DNA of 64,000 bases from Eledone cirrhosa (Eukaryota), in assembly GCA_964016885.1 (NCBI GenBank), contig OZ024741.1, positions 221,278,001-221,342,000 of the forward strand, written 5' to 3'. The notes under the pieces were generated by a model. It had not been told where the DNA came from and did no database searches. It saw nothing but the letters and a program-made list of their open reading frames with translations. Positions 41,020 through 53,571 of this stretch are shown piece by piece; the first letter of the stretch is position 1, and the number at the start of each line of letters is the position of its first letter. Position numbers and translations under genes: made by a program.

Positions 41020-44000
41020 TCTGTATCTCTGTGTGATTGTGTCTGTATGTATGTGTGTGTATCTCTGTAGCAGTATGTGTTTCTGTGATTGTGTCTGTAT
41101 GTATGTGTGTGTATATCTCTGTGGCAGTATGTGTTTGTGTGATTGTGTCTGTATGTATGTGTGTGTATCTCTGTAGCAGTATGTGTTTGTGTGGCTGTCT
41201 GTATGTATGTGTGTGTATCTCTGTAGCAGTATGTGTTTCTGTGATTGTGTCTGTATGTATGTGTGTGTATATCTCTGTGGCAGTATGTGTTTGTGTGATT
41301 GTGTCTGTATGTATGTGTCTGTATCTCTGTGGCAGTATGTGTTTGTGTGGCTGTCTGTATGTATGTGTGTGTATCTCTGGTCAGTATGTGTTTGTGTGAT
41401 TGTGTCTGTATGTATGTGTGTGTATCTCTGTGGCAGTATGTGTTTGTGTGATTGTGTCTGTATGTATGTGTGTGTATCTCTGTAGCAGTATGTGTTTGTG
41501 TGGCTGTCTGTATGTATGTGTGTGTATCTCTGTAGCAGTATGTGTTTCTGTGATTGTGTCTGTATGTATGTGTGTGTATCTCTGTAGTAGTATGTGTTTG
41601 TGTGATTGTGTCTGTATGTATGTGTCTGTATCTCTGTGGCAGTATGTGTTTGTGTGGCTGTCTGTATGTATGTGTGTGTATCTCTGTGGCAGTATGTGTT
41701 TGTGTGATTGTGTCTGTATGTATGTGTGTGTGTATCTCTGTGGCAGTATGTGTTTGTGTGATTGTGTCTGTATGTATGTGTGTGTATCTCTGTGGCAGTA
41801 TGTGTTTGTGTGATTGTGTCTGTATGTATGTGTGTGTATCTCTGTAGTAGTATGTGTTTGTGTGATTGTGTCTGTATGTATGTGTGTGTATCTCTGTAGC
41901 AGTATGTGCTTGTGTGATTGTGTCTGTATGTATGTCTGTGTATCTCTGTAGTAGTATGTGTTTGTGTGATTGTGTCTGTATGTATGTGTGTGTATCTCTG
42001 TAGTAGTATGTGTTTGTGTGATTGTGTCTGTATGTATGTGTGTGTATCTCTGTGGTAGTATGTGTTTGTGTGATTGTGTCTGTATGTGTGTGTCTGTATC
42101 TCTGTGGCAGTATGTGTTTGTGTGATTGTGTCTGTATGTATGTATGTGTATCTCTGTGGCAGTATGTGTTTGTGTGATTGTGTCTGTATGTATGTGTGTA
42201 TCTCTGGTCAGTATGTGTTTGTGTGATTGTGTCTGTATGTATGTGTGTGTATCTCTGTGGCAGTATGTGTTTGTGTGATTGTGTCTGTATGTATGTGTGT
42301 GTATCTCTGGTCAGTATGTGTTTGTGTGATTGTGTATGTATGTATGTGTGTGTATCTCTGTGGCAGTATGTGTTTGTGTGATTGTGTCTGTATGTATGTG
42401 TGTGTATCTCTGTGGCAGTATGTGTTTGTGTGATTGTGTCTGTATGTATGTGTGTGTATCTCTGTGGCAGTATGTGTTTGTGTGATTGTGTCTGTATGTG
42501 TGTGTCTGTATCTCTGTGGCAGTATGTGTTTGTGTGATTGTGTCTGTATGTATGTGTGTGTATCTCTGTGGCAGTATGTGTTTGTGTGATTGTGTCTGTA
42601 TGTGTGTGTCTGTATCTCTGGTCAGTATGTGTTTGTGTGATTGTGTATGTATGTGTGTGTATCTCTGTGGCAGTATGTGTTTGTGTGATTGTGTCTGTAT
42701 GTATGTGTGTGTATCTCTGTGGCAGTATGTGTTTGTGTGATTGTGTCTGTATGTGTGTGTCTGTATCTCTGTGGCAGTATGTGTTTGTGTGATTGTGTCT
42801 GTATGTATGTGTGTGTATCTCTGTGGCAGTATGTGTTTGTGTGGTTGTGTCTGTATGTATGTGTGTGTATCTCTGTGGCAGTATGTGTTTGTGTGATTGT
42901 GTCTGTATGTGTGTGTCTGTATCTCTGTGGCAGTATGTGTTTGTGTGGCTGTCTGTATGTATGTGTGTGTATCTCTGTAGTAGTATGTGTTTGTGTGATT
43001 GTGTCTGTATGTATGTGTGTGTATCTCTGTGGCAGTATGTGTTTGTGTGATTGTGTCTGTATGTATGTGTGTGTATCTCTGTGGCAGTATGTGTTTGTGT
43101 GATTGTGTCTGTATGTATGTGTGTGTATCTCTGTAGCAGTATGTGTTTGTGTGATTGTGTCTGTATGTATGTGTGTGTATCTCTGTGGCAGTATGTGTTT
43201 GTGTGATTGTATCTGTATGTATGTGTGTGTGTCTCTGTGGCAGTATGTGTTTGTGTGATTGTGTCTGTATGTATGTGTGTGTATCTCTGTGGCAGTATGT
43301 GTTTGTGTGATTGTGTCTGTATGTATGTGTGTGTATCTCTGTGGCAGTATGTGTTTGTGTGATTGTGTCTGTATGTATGTGTGTGTATCTCTGGTCAGTA
43401 TGTGTTTGTGTGATTGTGTCTGTATGTATGTGTGTGTATCTCTGTGGCAGTATGTGTTTGTGTGATTGTGTCTGTATGTATGTGTGTGTATCTCTGGTCA
43501 GTATGTGTTTGTGTGATTGTGTCTGTATGTATGTGTGTGTATCTCTGGTCAGTATGTGTTTGTGTGATTGTGTCTGTATGTATGTGTGTGTATCTCTGGT
43601 CAGTATGTGTTTGTGTGATTGTGTATGTATGTATGTGTGTGTATCTCTGTGGCAGTATGTGTTTGTGTGATTGTGTCTGTATGTATGTGTGTGTATCTCT
43701 GTGGCAGTATGTGTTTGTGTGATTGTGTCTGTATGTATGTGTGTGTATCTCTGTGGCAGTATGTGTTTGTGTGATTGTGTCTGTATGTGTGTGTCTGTAT
43801 CTCTGTGGCAGTATGTGTTTGTGTGATTGTGTCTGTATGTATGTGTGTGTATCTCTGTGGCAGTATGTGTTTGTGTGATTGTGTCTGTATGTATGTGTGT
43901 GTATCTCTGTGGCAGTATGTGTTTGTGTGATTGTGTCTGTATGTGTGTGTCTGTATCTCTGTGGCAGTATGTGTTTGTGTGGCTGTCTGTATGTATGTGT

Positions 44001-44235
44001 GTGTATCTCTGGTCAGTATGTGTTTGTGTGATTGTGTCTGTATGTATGTGTGTGTATCTCTGGTCAGTATGTGTTTGTGTGATTGTGTCTGTATGTATGT
44101 GTGTGTATCTCTGGTCAGTATGTGTTTGTGTGATTGTGTCTGTATGTATGTGTGTGTATCTCTGTGGCAGTATGTGTCTGTATGTATGTGTGTGTATCTC
44201 TGTGGCAGTATGTGTTTGTGTGGCTGTCTGTATGT
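41020..44235. repeat. ~52-bp GT-rich minisatellite
   Basis: Unit GTATCTCTGTGGCAGTATGTGTTTGTGTGATTGTGTCTGTATGTATGTGTGT. Confidence 0.95.
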
Positions 44236-44407
44236 GTATTCGTCACAAATTATATGTGGTTTGTGTTAAGGTATAAAGTTGTTGATTGACTCATTGTATT
44301 TAATCATCTTTTATTGTTTCTCTGTCTGTCTGCCTGTCTGTTTTTACTTTTTTGGGTTTTTTGTTTTTTTTTCATATCAATAAACATCATTAAGTAGCAT
44401 GTGGTTA

Positions 44408-44440
<33 letters not shown>

Positions 44441-44448
<8 letters not shown>

Positions 44449-45706
44449 GATCGAGTATCGAAAAATCGGCGCACGAGTTCACGATAAACGAAATTCGATA
44501 TGAGCGGCAGAGGGCTCAATAATTCAGATGAATCAGAGCTATAACTATCGTTAAAATACCGTCACATATAGAACAAGTCTACAATCAACCATACGATTTA
44601 AAATCGATAAAGGAAGATTCGGGCCAAACAGATAAAAAATATCAATAAAACAATACGTCAATAATTTAAATGAATGTAAAATCATACCCGGACCCACTAG
44701 AAAGGTGTTAAATCTAGCTTCATGGGTTTCTGTAAATCCTTAGACTGTACTCTATCAGCTCACATATAAATATAAAAGCCTACTAGAATAAGTGGAACGG
44801 AGTTTACGTTGTCAACGAGTTTTTTCCTGGCGGCAGAGGAGTCAACTAGCGGTGAAAAACGCACATGGCATTAGACAAGGGAGATGACCCCTATATCCGC
44901 GAAAACAATTCGAGTGAATGTGGAAATACACATATCGAATTAGAGTGCTCAATAGACATGTTAAAATAAAACAAAAGCTATTCATCACTCAATAGAATCG
45001 ACAAAAAATGAGCAATAAAATTAACTGGTGGATAGCTATGTCCAGAGCTAAATATATTAGAAAGATCGAGTATCGAAAAATCGGCGCACGAGTTCACGAT
45101 AAACGAAATTCGATATGAGCGGCAGAGGGCTCAATAATTCAGATGAATCAGAGCTATAACTATCGTTAAAATACCGTCACATATAGAACAAGTCTACAAT
45201 CAACCATACGATTTAAAATCGATAAAGGAAGATTCGGGCCAAACAGATAAAAAATATCAATAAAACAATACGTCAATAATTTAAATGAATGTAAAATCAT
45301 ACCCGGACCCACTAGAAAGGTGTTAAATCTAGCTTCATGGGTTTCTGTAAATCCTTAGACTGTACTCTATCAGCTCACATATAAATATAAAAGCCTACTA
45401 GAATAAGTGGAACGGAGTTTACGTTGTCAACGAGTTTTTTCCTGGCGGCAGAGGAGTCAACTAGCGGTGAAAAACGCACATGGCATTAGACAAGGGAGAT
45501 GACCCCTATATCCGCGAAAACAATTCGAGTGAATGTGGAAATACACATATCGAATTAGAGTGCTCAATAGACATGTTAAAATAAAACAAAAGCTATTCAT
45601 CACTCAATAGAATCGACAAAAAATGAGCAATAAAATTAACTGGTGGATAGCTATGTCCAGAGCTAAATATATTAGAAAGATCGAGTATCGAAAAATCGGC
45701 GCACGA
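44441..45706. repeat. 615-bp unit x2 plus 36 bp (family A), inserted in (TA)n
   Basis: ATTAGAAAGATCGAG at 44441, 45056 and 45671. Confidence 0.93.
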
Positions 45707-45730
45707 TATATATATATATATATATATATA

Positions 45731-46536
45731 AACAAACATAAATTATTGAGATTCGCATTTCGGCCCAAGAAATAACGAAAAACAACCTCCGAGATGTGAG
45801 GCAAGTGCTCAATGATTCAGATGAACCAGAGCTATAGCAAACGTTAAAGGCCAAACACACTGAGACGATGGTTAAGCAATCATTTGCATAGCCAAAAAAA
45901 AAAAAAAAAAAAATAACGATCAAGTAATTCGGGTATTGAAAATTTACCCGGACCTCTGGAAGGTTGGTAAAATCCAGTATTTGGGTTTCTGCGGCTTCTA
46001 AATCAAGTACCGTCCGCTTACATAAATAATGTCAGGCTTCTGGTAAGATGATTGAACAAGGAAGCCACTTTCTCAACAGGTTTTAGTTCAATGTTAATAC
46101 AAGGACTGACTATTGCTGACTCCATGTGGGGATCGGCAAGGGGGGCAGCCCCTATATCAGGCGAATAAATTCAGTTGTGTATATTTTTGCAAGAATGCAA
46201 AAACATCACAAATCGAATAGAGTTCTCAACAGAAGGGTTAAAATTAACATAAGCTATTCATCAGTCAATAGAATCAACTAAAAAATCAAGAAAATTAACT
46301 GGTCAATAGCTAGAGTCTAGAGATAAATACAAACATAAATTATCGAGATTCGCATTTCGGACCACAAAATAACGAAAAACAGCCTCCGAGATGTGAGGCA
46401 AGTGCTCAATGATTCAGATGAACCAGAGCTATAACAAACGTTAAAGGCCAAACACACTGAGACGATGGTTAAACAATCATTCGCATAGCCAAAAAAAAAA
46501 CAAAAAAAAAAAAACGATAAAGTAATTCCGGTATTG

Positions 46537-46539
<3 letters not shown>
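45731..46539. repeat. 597-bp unit plus ~210 bp (family B, divergent homolog of A), inserted in (TA)n
   Basis: ACAAACATAAATTAT at 45732 and 46329. Seven collinear blocks are shared with family A. Confidence 0.9.
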
Positions 46540-46613
<74 letters not shown>

Positions 46614-46663
46614 TATACATATATATATATATACATAATACATATACATATATATATATATAC

Positions 46664-46694
<31 letters not shown>

Positions 46695-46695
<1 letters not shown>

Positions 46696-47311
46696 AAGTA
46701 TGTATACGTACATACATATATGTGTACAGACGTACAGTGGTATGTATATATATATATATACATACATGCACACATATATACATGTACGTATGGGTTAACT
46801 GAACATTTATTATAATGCTCGGTTTACCCGTAAACAAACAGCCCGAATTACGCCGTACAGTGTTCAGGCAACGATCGTCGCCCTTTTGTTCAACACTGAC
46901 ACAGGAACGATGTACTAGTTTCAAGCTTATTAGCTATCGTCAACATCGTATACCTTTCTGTCAGATTATTGAACGTTTGAAAGTATGTACTTTCCTTATG
47001 CATATTAACGGCTGAGCAGCCTATTCTGCATATCGAGTGAGTTAGTCGGTAAACCCATACCGACTAACTTAGTGACTTAGTCGGTAAACTTACCAACTAA
47101 CTCACTCGATATGCAGATTAGGCTGCTCAGCCGTTAATATGCATAAGGAAAGTATATACTTTCAAACGTTCAATAATATATATACGTTCAATATATATAT
47201 ACATACTACTGTACGTCTGTACACATATATGTATGTACGTATACATACTTGTATTTAAGTATCAGCCGTACTGAGAGTGAGAAATGAAATTTCGTTTCAT
47301 TCTTTTCCATT
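46695..47311. mobile_element. Second copy of the 410-bp hammerhead element, with inversion
   Basis: 46695-47050 matches 4720-5046. 47090-47311 is inverted and ends TTTTCCATTTA|TATA, the same terminus as 4659. Confidence 0.8.
46908..46948 (-). ncRNA. Type I hammerhead motif (C3U in this copy, perfect helix I)
   Basis: cgatg UUGACGA u AGCU aaua AGCU u GAAA CUAG UA caucg. Confidence 0.75.
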
Positions 47312-47327
47312 TATATATATATATATT

Positions 47328-49257
47328 GAAGACAGGGAAGGCAACCGGTCCATCGGGTATAGCTGCCGAGATGCTGAAGGCATCTGGGTCTGTAGGTCAC
47401 ACCATAACCACACGTATTGTTAACCAGGTAATACTAGGTGTCATACCAAAGGATTGGTGCAGTAGCATCATTGTCAACTGCTACAAAGGTAAAGGTGATG
47501 CACTAGATAGAGGAAACTATAGAGGTATAAAGCTGATGGACCAGGTCATGAAAATAACAGAAAGAGTTATAGCACAGTTTATTAGGGACCTGGTGAAACT
47601 AGATGAGATGCAATTTGGGTTTGTGCCAGGAAGAGGCACCACTGATGCCCTCTTCCTTGTGAGGCAGTTACAGGAAAAGTACCTAGCTAAAAGTAAGCTG
47701 CTCTACCTGGCATTCGTCGATCATGAGAAAGCCTTTGACAGAGTTCCACGTGCTATAATCTGGTGGGCTCTTAGAAAACTAGGAGTAGATGAATGGCTTG
47801 TGAAAGCTGTAAAAGCCATGTAATGGGGAGCAGTCAGCAAAGTTAGGATTAGCAATGACTTTAGCGTACAGGTCAGTGTACACCAGGGCTCTGTTCTTAG
47901 CCCTCTCCTGTTCATCATAGTTCTGCAGGCAATAATGGAGGAGTTTAAGACCGGATGCCCATGGAAACTCCTGTATGCAGATGACCTCACACTTATAGCT
48001 GAATCTATGGTAGAACTAGAGAAGAAATTCCAAACTTGAAAGCAGGGACTAGAAAGAAAGGGTCTCAAAGTCAACCTGACAAAGACTAAGGTCCTTGTAA
48101 GTAGACGAGAAAACAGAACCCAGATTCCCTCAGGGAAATGGCCTTGCTCAGTATGTAGGAAAGGTGTAGGTAGGAACTGCATTCTCTGCCCCAAATGCAA
48201 ACAATGGGTACGCAAGAGATGTAGTGGAATCTCAGAAAGCTTAACTAAGAATGTAAGCTTCACATATAGCAGCTGTGTTGGGACAGCAAGCAGCAAACAG
48301 CCACAGGAAACAAGTACTACCAAACTCTGGGAGGGCTCTGTAGAAACAGTAGACAGCTTCTGCTACCTAGGTGACCGAATTAGCAGCGGAGGTGGGTGTT
48401 CGGAAAGTACAATAACTAGGGTAAGAACGGGATGGAAGAAGTTCAAGGAGCTACTGCCACTGCTAGCTGCAAAAGGCTTTTCCTTCAAAATGAAAGGCAG
48501 ACTGTATGGTGTGTGTATACGAACAGCAATGGTACATGGTAGTGAGACCTGGGCACTGTTTGTAGAAGACTTGCGTAGATTAGAAAGAAACGAAGCCTGC
48601 ATGCTCCGATGGATGTGTAATAGTAATATACATGAATAGCAAAGCATAAATGAATTGAGAGAGAGACTGAGCATAAGAGGAATCAAATAGTGTGTGCAGG
48701 AGAGGAGGTTGTGTTGGTATGGACATGTGATGCGTATGAAGGATGACAGCTGCATAAAAAGGTGTAGAGCACTAGAAGTCAATGGAAATCGCGGAGTGGG
48801 GAGACCCAAGAAGACCTGAGATGAGGTGATAAAAGCCGACCTTACCCAATTACACCTCTCAAAGGCGATGAGACACGACCGTGACCTCTGGCATCACACA
48901 GTAATATAGAAGACCCGACCCCCCACGGGTACAAGCCAAAGCTGAAGCATATAGATAATATGCCCCCACACCCTCCTACTGCAAAGTGGTCGTGGAGGTA
49001 CCACGGCAAAAAAGCACCCAGCCCACACTGTAAAGTGGTCGTGTAGGCGCCACAGAAAAAAGCACCCAGCACTCACTGTAAATGAGGTTGGTGTTAGGAA
49101 GGGCATCCAGTTGTAGAAATCAAGCCAGAATCAGTTCCCGTATGAGCAAGGCATGATCAGCCGACCAGACACTGCCCACAACAGGACAACCTGTCTAACC
49201 CATGCTAGCGTAGAAGAACGGATGTAAAACGGTGATGATGATGATGATGATGATGAT
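47328..49257 (+). mobile_element. RTE-clade LINE subfamily B, RT domain to 3' end, with stop codons
   Basis: KATGPSGI, NYRGIKL, QFGFVPGRGTTDA, DHEKAFDRV, HQGSVLSP, YADDL, YLG, HGSETW, (GAT)n tail. Confidence 0.95.
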
Positions 49258-49685
49258 TGGCTTCTGGATGGGAATGTTGTCTTACAATTGATCGTATGTG
49301 TGTGCTCCAAATGAAATGGTTGAGTAAATTGTAAACAACAAAATCAAAATCAAAATCACTGGATATTGATTTAAACCTTTTATTGTTATAATTAATTGCC
49401 AAAATTTTCTCTTGAATTATGGTCGAGTGCTCCAAATCGGTGAAATCATGCTGCTATAATAATTGTTTCTACTTTAGGCACAAGGCCAGCAAATACCCAG
49501 TGCATTACATTAATGCTGACTGATGAGAGTTCCCTTGTCCAGAATGTTCTGGTTATGGGTTTATTATTAAAGTTGTGCCAACTTACACAGCTCCATATGC
49601 AAATTAGGCTAATCAGCCCATCTACACAGGCAAAACCACTATATATTTTCATCTGTCTCCAGTTCCAGCAGAGAGAAGAGAAAGT

Positions 49686-49728
49686 ACTGCCCTGATGAGG
49701 GCCAGAGCCCAAAATTCACGTAGACAGT
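49686..49728 (+). ncRNA. Decayed type I hammerhead motif
   Basis: actgcc CTGATGA GGGC caga GCCC aAAA ttcacg TA gacagt. G12 appears lost by a CpG to CpA change. Confidence 0.6.
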
Positions 49729-49804
49729 TGGCCCCTGCTGCTTCGGCTGAAATCCACTAGATGGCACTGGCTGTCAACCTTTCAGTATGTGCATATATAA
49801 TGTG

Positions 49805-49845
<41 letters not shown>

Positions 49846-49930
49846 TAATAAAAATAAATTTGAAGACTAAAATCCAAAGAGGGCTCGATAAGGATAAATA
49901 TATATCAAATATATAAGAACCGTAGAGCAA

Positions 49931-50105
49931 ATATTTATTAAAATAACAGATTAAAGTTTAAAGTATCGTCTTCCTGTCTTCCTCCGGTTGCAACGTTTTT
50001 TGAAATATCCACTTCTGCGTTTACCGATTGACTTTGTTAGTTTCAGAAGATCCCGTTAAGGGTGAAAGCAGCGATTCTTTGCTTAAACTTTAATCTGTTA
50101 TTTTA

Positions 50106-50112
<7 letters not shown>
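49931..50112 (+). mobile_element. CAGAAGA-hammerhead element with inverted terminal segment (ribozyme motif 50039-50089)
   Basis: ATTTATTAAAATAACAGATTAAAGTTTAA at 49933 is inverted at 50084-50111. Motif: agttt CAGAAGA t CCC gttaa GGG t GAAA GCA gcgattctt TGC TT aaact. Confidence 0.75.
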
Positions 50113-50173
<61 letters not shown>

Positions 50174-50329
50174 TGCAAGACCAATGGTAAAACTATTTGA
50201 GATTTATTGTGTTGCAAACTTATCCAACCCATACTAGCGTTGAAAACAGATGTTGAAATTGGTGTTGATAATGGTGATGGTGGTTATAATTAAGGTGATA
50301 CTCACAATAATGATGACACCAACAACGAC

Positions 50330-50358
50330 AGTGATAACATTGATGATGATGATGATGA

Positions 50359-50389
<31 letters not shown>

Positions 50390-50810
50390 AATTATCACCA
50401 CCACCACCAGCATCGCCACCACCAGTACAACCACCACTACCACCACAACTACCACTACCACCACCACCACCACCACTACCACTACCACTAACATCACCAC
50501 CACCACCATCACCACCACCAGCACCACCATCATTACCACCACCACCACCATCACCACCACCACCAGCACACCACCACCATCACACCACCACCACCACCAG
50601 TACCACCACCAACATCACCACCACCACCACCACCACTACCACCACCACCATCACCACCACCACCACTATCACCACCACCACCACCACCACCACCACCACC
50701 ATCATCACCACCACCAGTACCACCACCAACATCACCATCACCACCACCACCACCAACATCACCAACAACATCACCACCACCACCACCACCACTATCACCA
50801 CCACCACAAT
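50330..50810. repeat. (GAT)/(CAT)/(CAC)n microsatellites
   Basis: Direct inspection. Confidence 0.95.
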
Positions 50811-51197
50811 TCTGATTATGATCAGGATCATGATTTAGATAATGATCAATCATAATGTTATCATCATAGTCCCCTAATATTCTCTCAGATATTCTGTCAG
50901 TATCAATTCCTTACAGACATGCAACATTTCTATATTAAGTTCTGCTCTGACAGTATTTATACAAATCTTTATAGCTAAGTCTGTCTCTTCCACGCAAACT
51001 AGACTTTCATCTTATCAAATATTCATGTCTTTTGTTGTACTCATGCAGCTTCTACATCACAGCATCACCTCATCGTGATACAATCATACCACTGGCTTTT
51101 TTTGTTGTTGTTGTTTTGTTGGGTTTTTTTTTGGGGGGGGGGGGGGTCCGCTTGCCGTTGAAATGTGTAACAGCTGGGATAACCTCATGTCTTTTAA

Positions 51198-51852
51198 CTC
51201 TTTAGCATTTAAACCTGCCATATCCGGTGAGAATTCTCACACCTCTTTTTGTTTAAATCAATCATGAATGGCAGCTCATACTTATGTTAAGGTATTGTTC
51301 TCATAATAAATAATTGTTTCTACTTTAGGCACAAGGCCAGCAATTACCCAGTGCATTACTGGTACTTTATTTTATCGACCTCGTAAGGATGAAAGGCAAA
51401 GTCAACCTCGGCGGGATTTGAACTCAGATCGTAAAGGGACGTAACTATGCTGGAAAGCATGGCGTCCGACCCTCTACCGATACTGCCAATCCACCAATCT
51501 CATAATAAATAATGGTTTCTTATATAGGCACAAGGCTAGCAATTTGGGCGGAGGGGAAAGTCAATTAAATTGACCCCTGTGTATGACTGGTACTTTATTT
51601 TATCAACCTCGTAAGGATGAAAGGCAAAGTTAACCTCAGTGGGATTTGAACTCAGATCGTAAAGGCCCGTAACTCCATGCTGCAAAGCATGGCGTCCAAT
51701 GCTCTACCGATACTGCCAATCCACCGCCCTAAATAAATAATATCAAAATTTTGTAGATTCAATAGATTCAATATGATGAGATAATTATGTGAGATAAAGC
51801 CTTTAGCATGAAAATACAATAGTAAATATAGAGTAATGTAAATGCTAAAGGT
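51198..51852 (+). mobile_element. piggyBac-like (TTAA-flanked) MITE carrying two nested SINEs
   Basis: TTAA-CTCTTTAGCATTTA ... TAAATGCTAAAGGT-TTAA. The first SINE is flanked by the CTCATAATAAATAAT duplication. Confidence 0.7.
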
Positions 51853-52156
51853 TTAAAACACATTACATTGCTATTTTCTTAACACGAGTCAGCCAGAGTA
51901 TAACCTCAGAGCAACATTGTCATACCACTGGGGTTGTTTCCACTTGCCGATGAAATGTGTGATAGCTGAGATTTGGCATTAGGAAGGGCATCCGGCCATA
52001 GAAATTAAGCCAGAAACAGTTCTGTATGAGTAAGAGATGGTCACCTGACCTGACTTGTCTCACAATAGGACAACTTATCTAGCCCATGCTAGCATGGAAA
52101 ATGTATATATATATATATATATCATATATAATATATCATCATTATCATCATGTGTG

Positions 52157-52213
<57 letters not shown>

Positions 52214-52756
52214 CATATAAACACACACACACACACACACACACATACATATCATCATCATCATCATCATCATCATTTAACGTCCGTGTTCCACGCTTGC
52301 ATGGGTTTGGACGGGGGTTTTCCCACTTGAGGCAAGAGTGATTGTCTTGCTCGCATAGGACTGTCTGGCGGGTTTTCTACAGCTGGATGCCCTTCCTAAC
52401 ACCAACCACATTTACAGTGTGGGGCTGGGAGGTTTTTACCGTGTTGCCTACACGGCCACATTACAGCGTGGACTGTGTATTTTTTTGTCGTGACACCTAC
52501 ACGATCTCATTTGTTTCGGCCTGGATATATATATATATATATGTAGGAGGTGAGTTTTATTGTAGTACAATAAAGCAATGCAGATATCGGATAAGAAGCA
52601 CTCTACAGTTTGTAGGACTGGAGTATACATAATATATAAGAACAAAAGATGGTTAAAAGAGTTCTATGTATTTTATTATTCGCATTTCAAAAACATGTGT
52701 TGATTTAAAACTGCACTATCCACAAGTGTTTTTTAACCTTCATATCATGTCTTCCT

Positions 52757-52825
52757 ATTTTATCTGATGAAAACACAAATATTATTGCATGATGATATTT
52801 GTTTTTGAAATGCGCATAATAAAAT
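52757..52825 (+). ncRNA. Type I hammerhead ribozyme motif in inverted element 52540-52863
   Basis: attttat CTGATGA aaacACAAATATTAT..ATGATATTTGTtttt GAAA TGCGCA TA ataaaat. 7-bp helix I, palindromic AUGCGCAU, AUA site. The 3' half is repeated inverted at ~52670-52696. Confidence 0.88.
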
Positions 52826-53013
52826 ACAAAATCTTTTAACCATCTTTTGTTCTTATATATTATATATATATATATATACAGTATTTTCCGTTGTGTTGTA
52901 ATATAAATATTACACACAGTTTGTAGATAGCAGCTGTTTTAGGTTATGTAACTGTTATAGAAACACGTGTCAATAAATTCCTTTCAACTAAACTGTATCC
53001 ATTGAAATCTTTC

Positions 53014-53050
<37 letters not shown>

Positions 53051-53214
53051 TAAACACAGTTGCCACTAGGAAGGTCATCCAGCTGTAGAAACCAAGCCAG
53101 AATCAGTTCTGTATGAGCAAAACATCGTCATCTGATGTGACTTGTTCAATAATGAGACAACTTATCTAACCCATGCTAACTTAGAAAATGGACATTTGAC
53201 GACGTCAATCAGAG

Positions 53215-53570
53215 CATATCTTCTCTGTTCAAGCCTGAATTTCATCTTCCCCAATTGGATCTTGCCACATTTGCAAACGATATGGCGTTACTTCACTCAT
53301 CAGAAGATGATCTCAAACATGCAACCAATAGGTTTGTTGCCAAGTGCTGCATGACAGTATATTGATTGGAGAACAATAATTAAAATGAGGTGAGGGACTG
53401 TGATTCTGTTCCAGATGAACACCTGTCCACATGAGGAATTCCTTGCTGAACTCATTGTTAACTCTCTCCTTGCTGACAGCATCTTTGTACATGGCATATA
53501 TGGTGCTCACAAAACATTCATCTACAACAGGGTTTTATGAGGGATCACTAAACACTTTCTCCAATTCAAC
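53215..53570 (-). mobile_element. Old RTE RT fragment
   Basis: VDECFVSTIYAMYKDAVSKERVNNEFS resembles VDEWLVKAVKAM at 47790. Confidence 0.65.
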
Positions 53571-53571
53571 A

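Noticed and set aside
44490-44540. Hammerhead in the 600-bp units (GAAA..TGAGC/GCTCA..CAGATGA on plus; CTGATGA at ~46258 on minus)
   Set aside because: The spacing is wrong, the pattern is not shared between A and B, and no GAAA partner exists on the minus strand.
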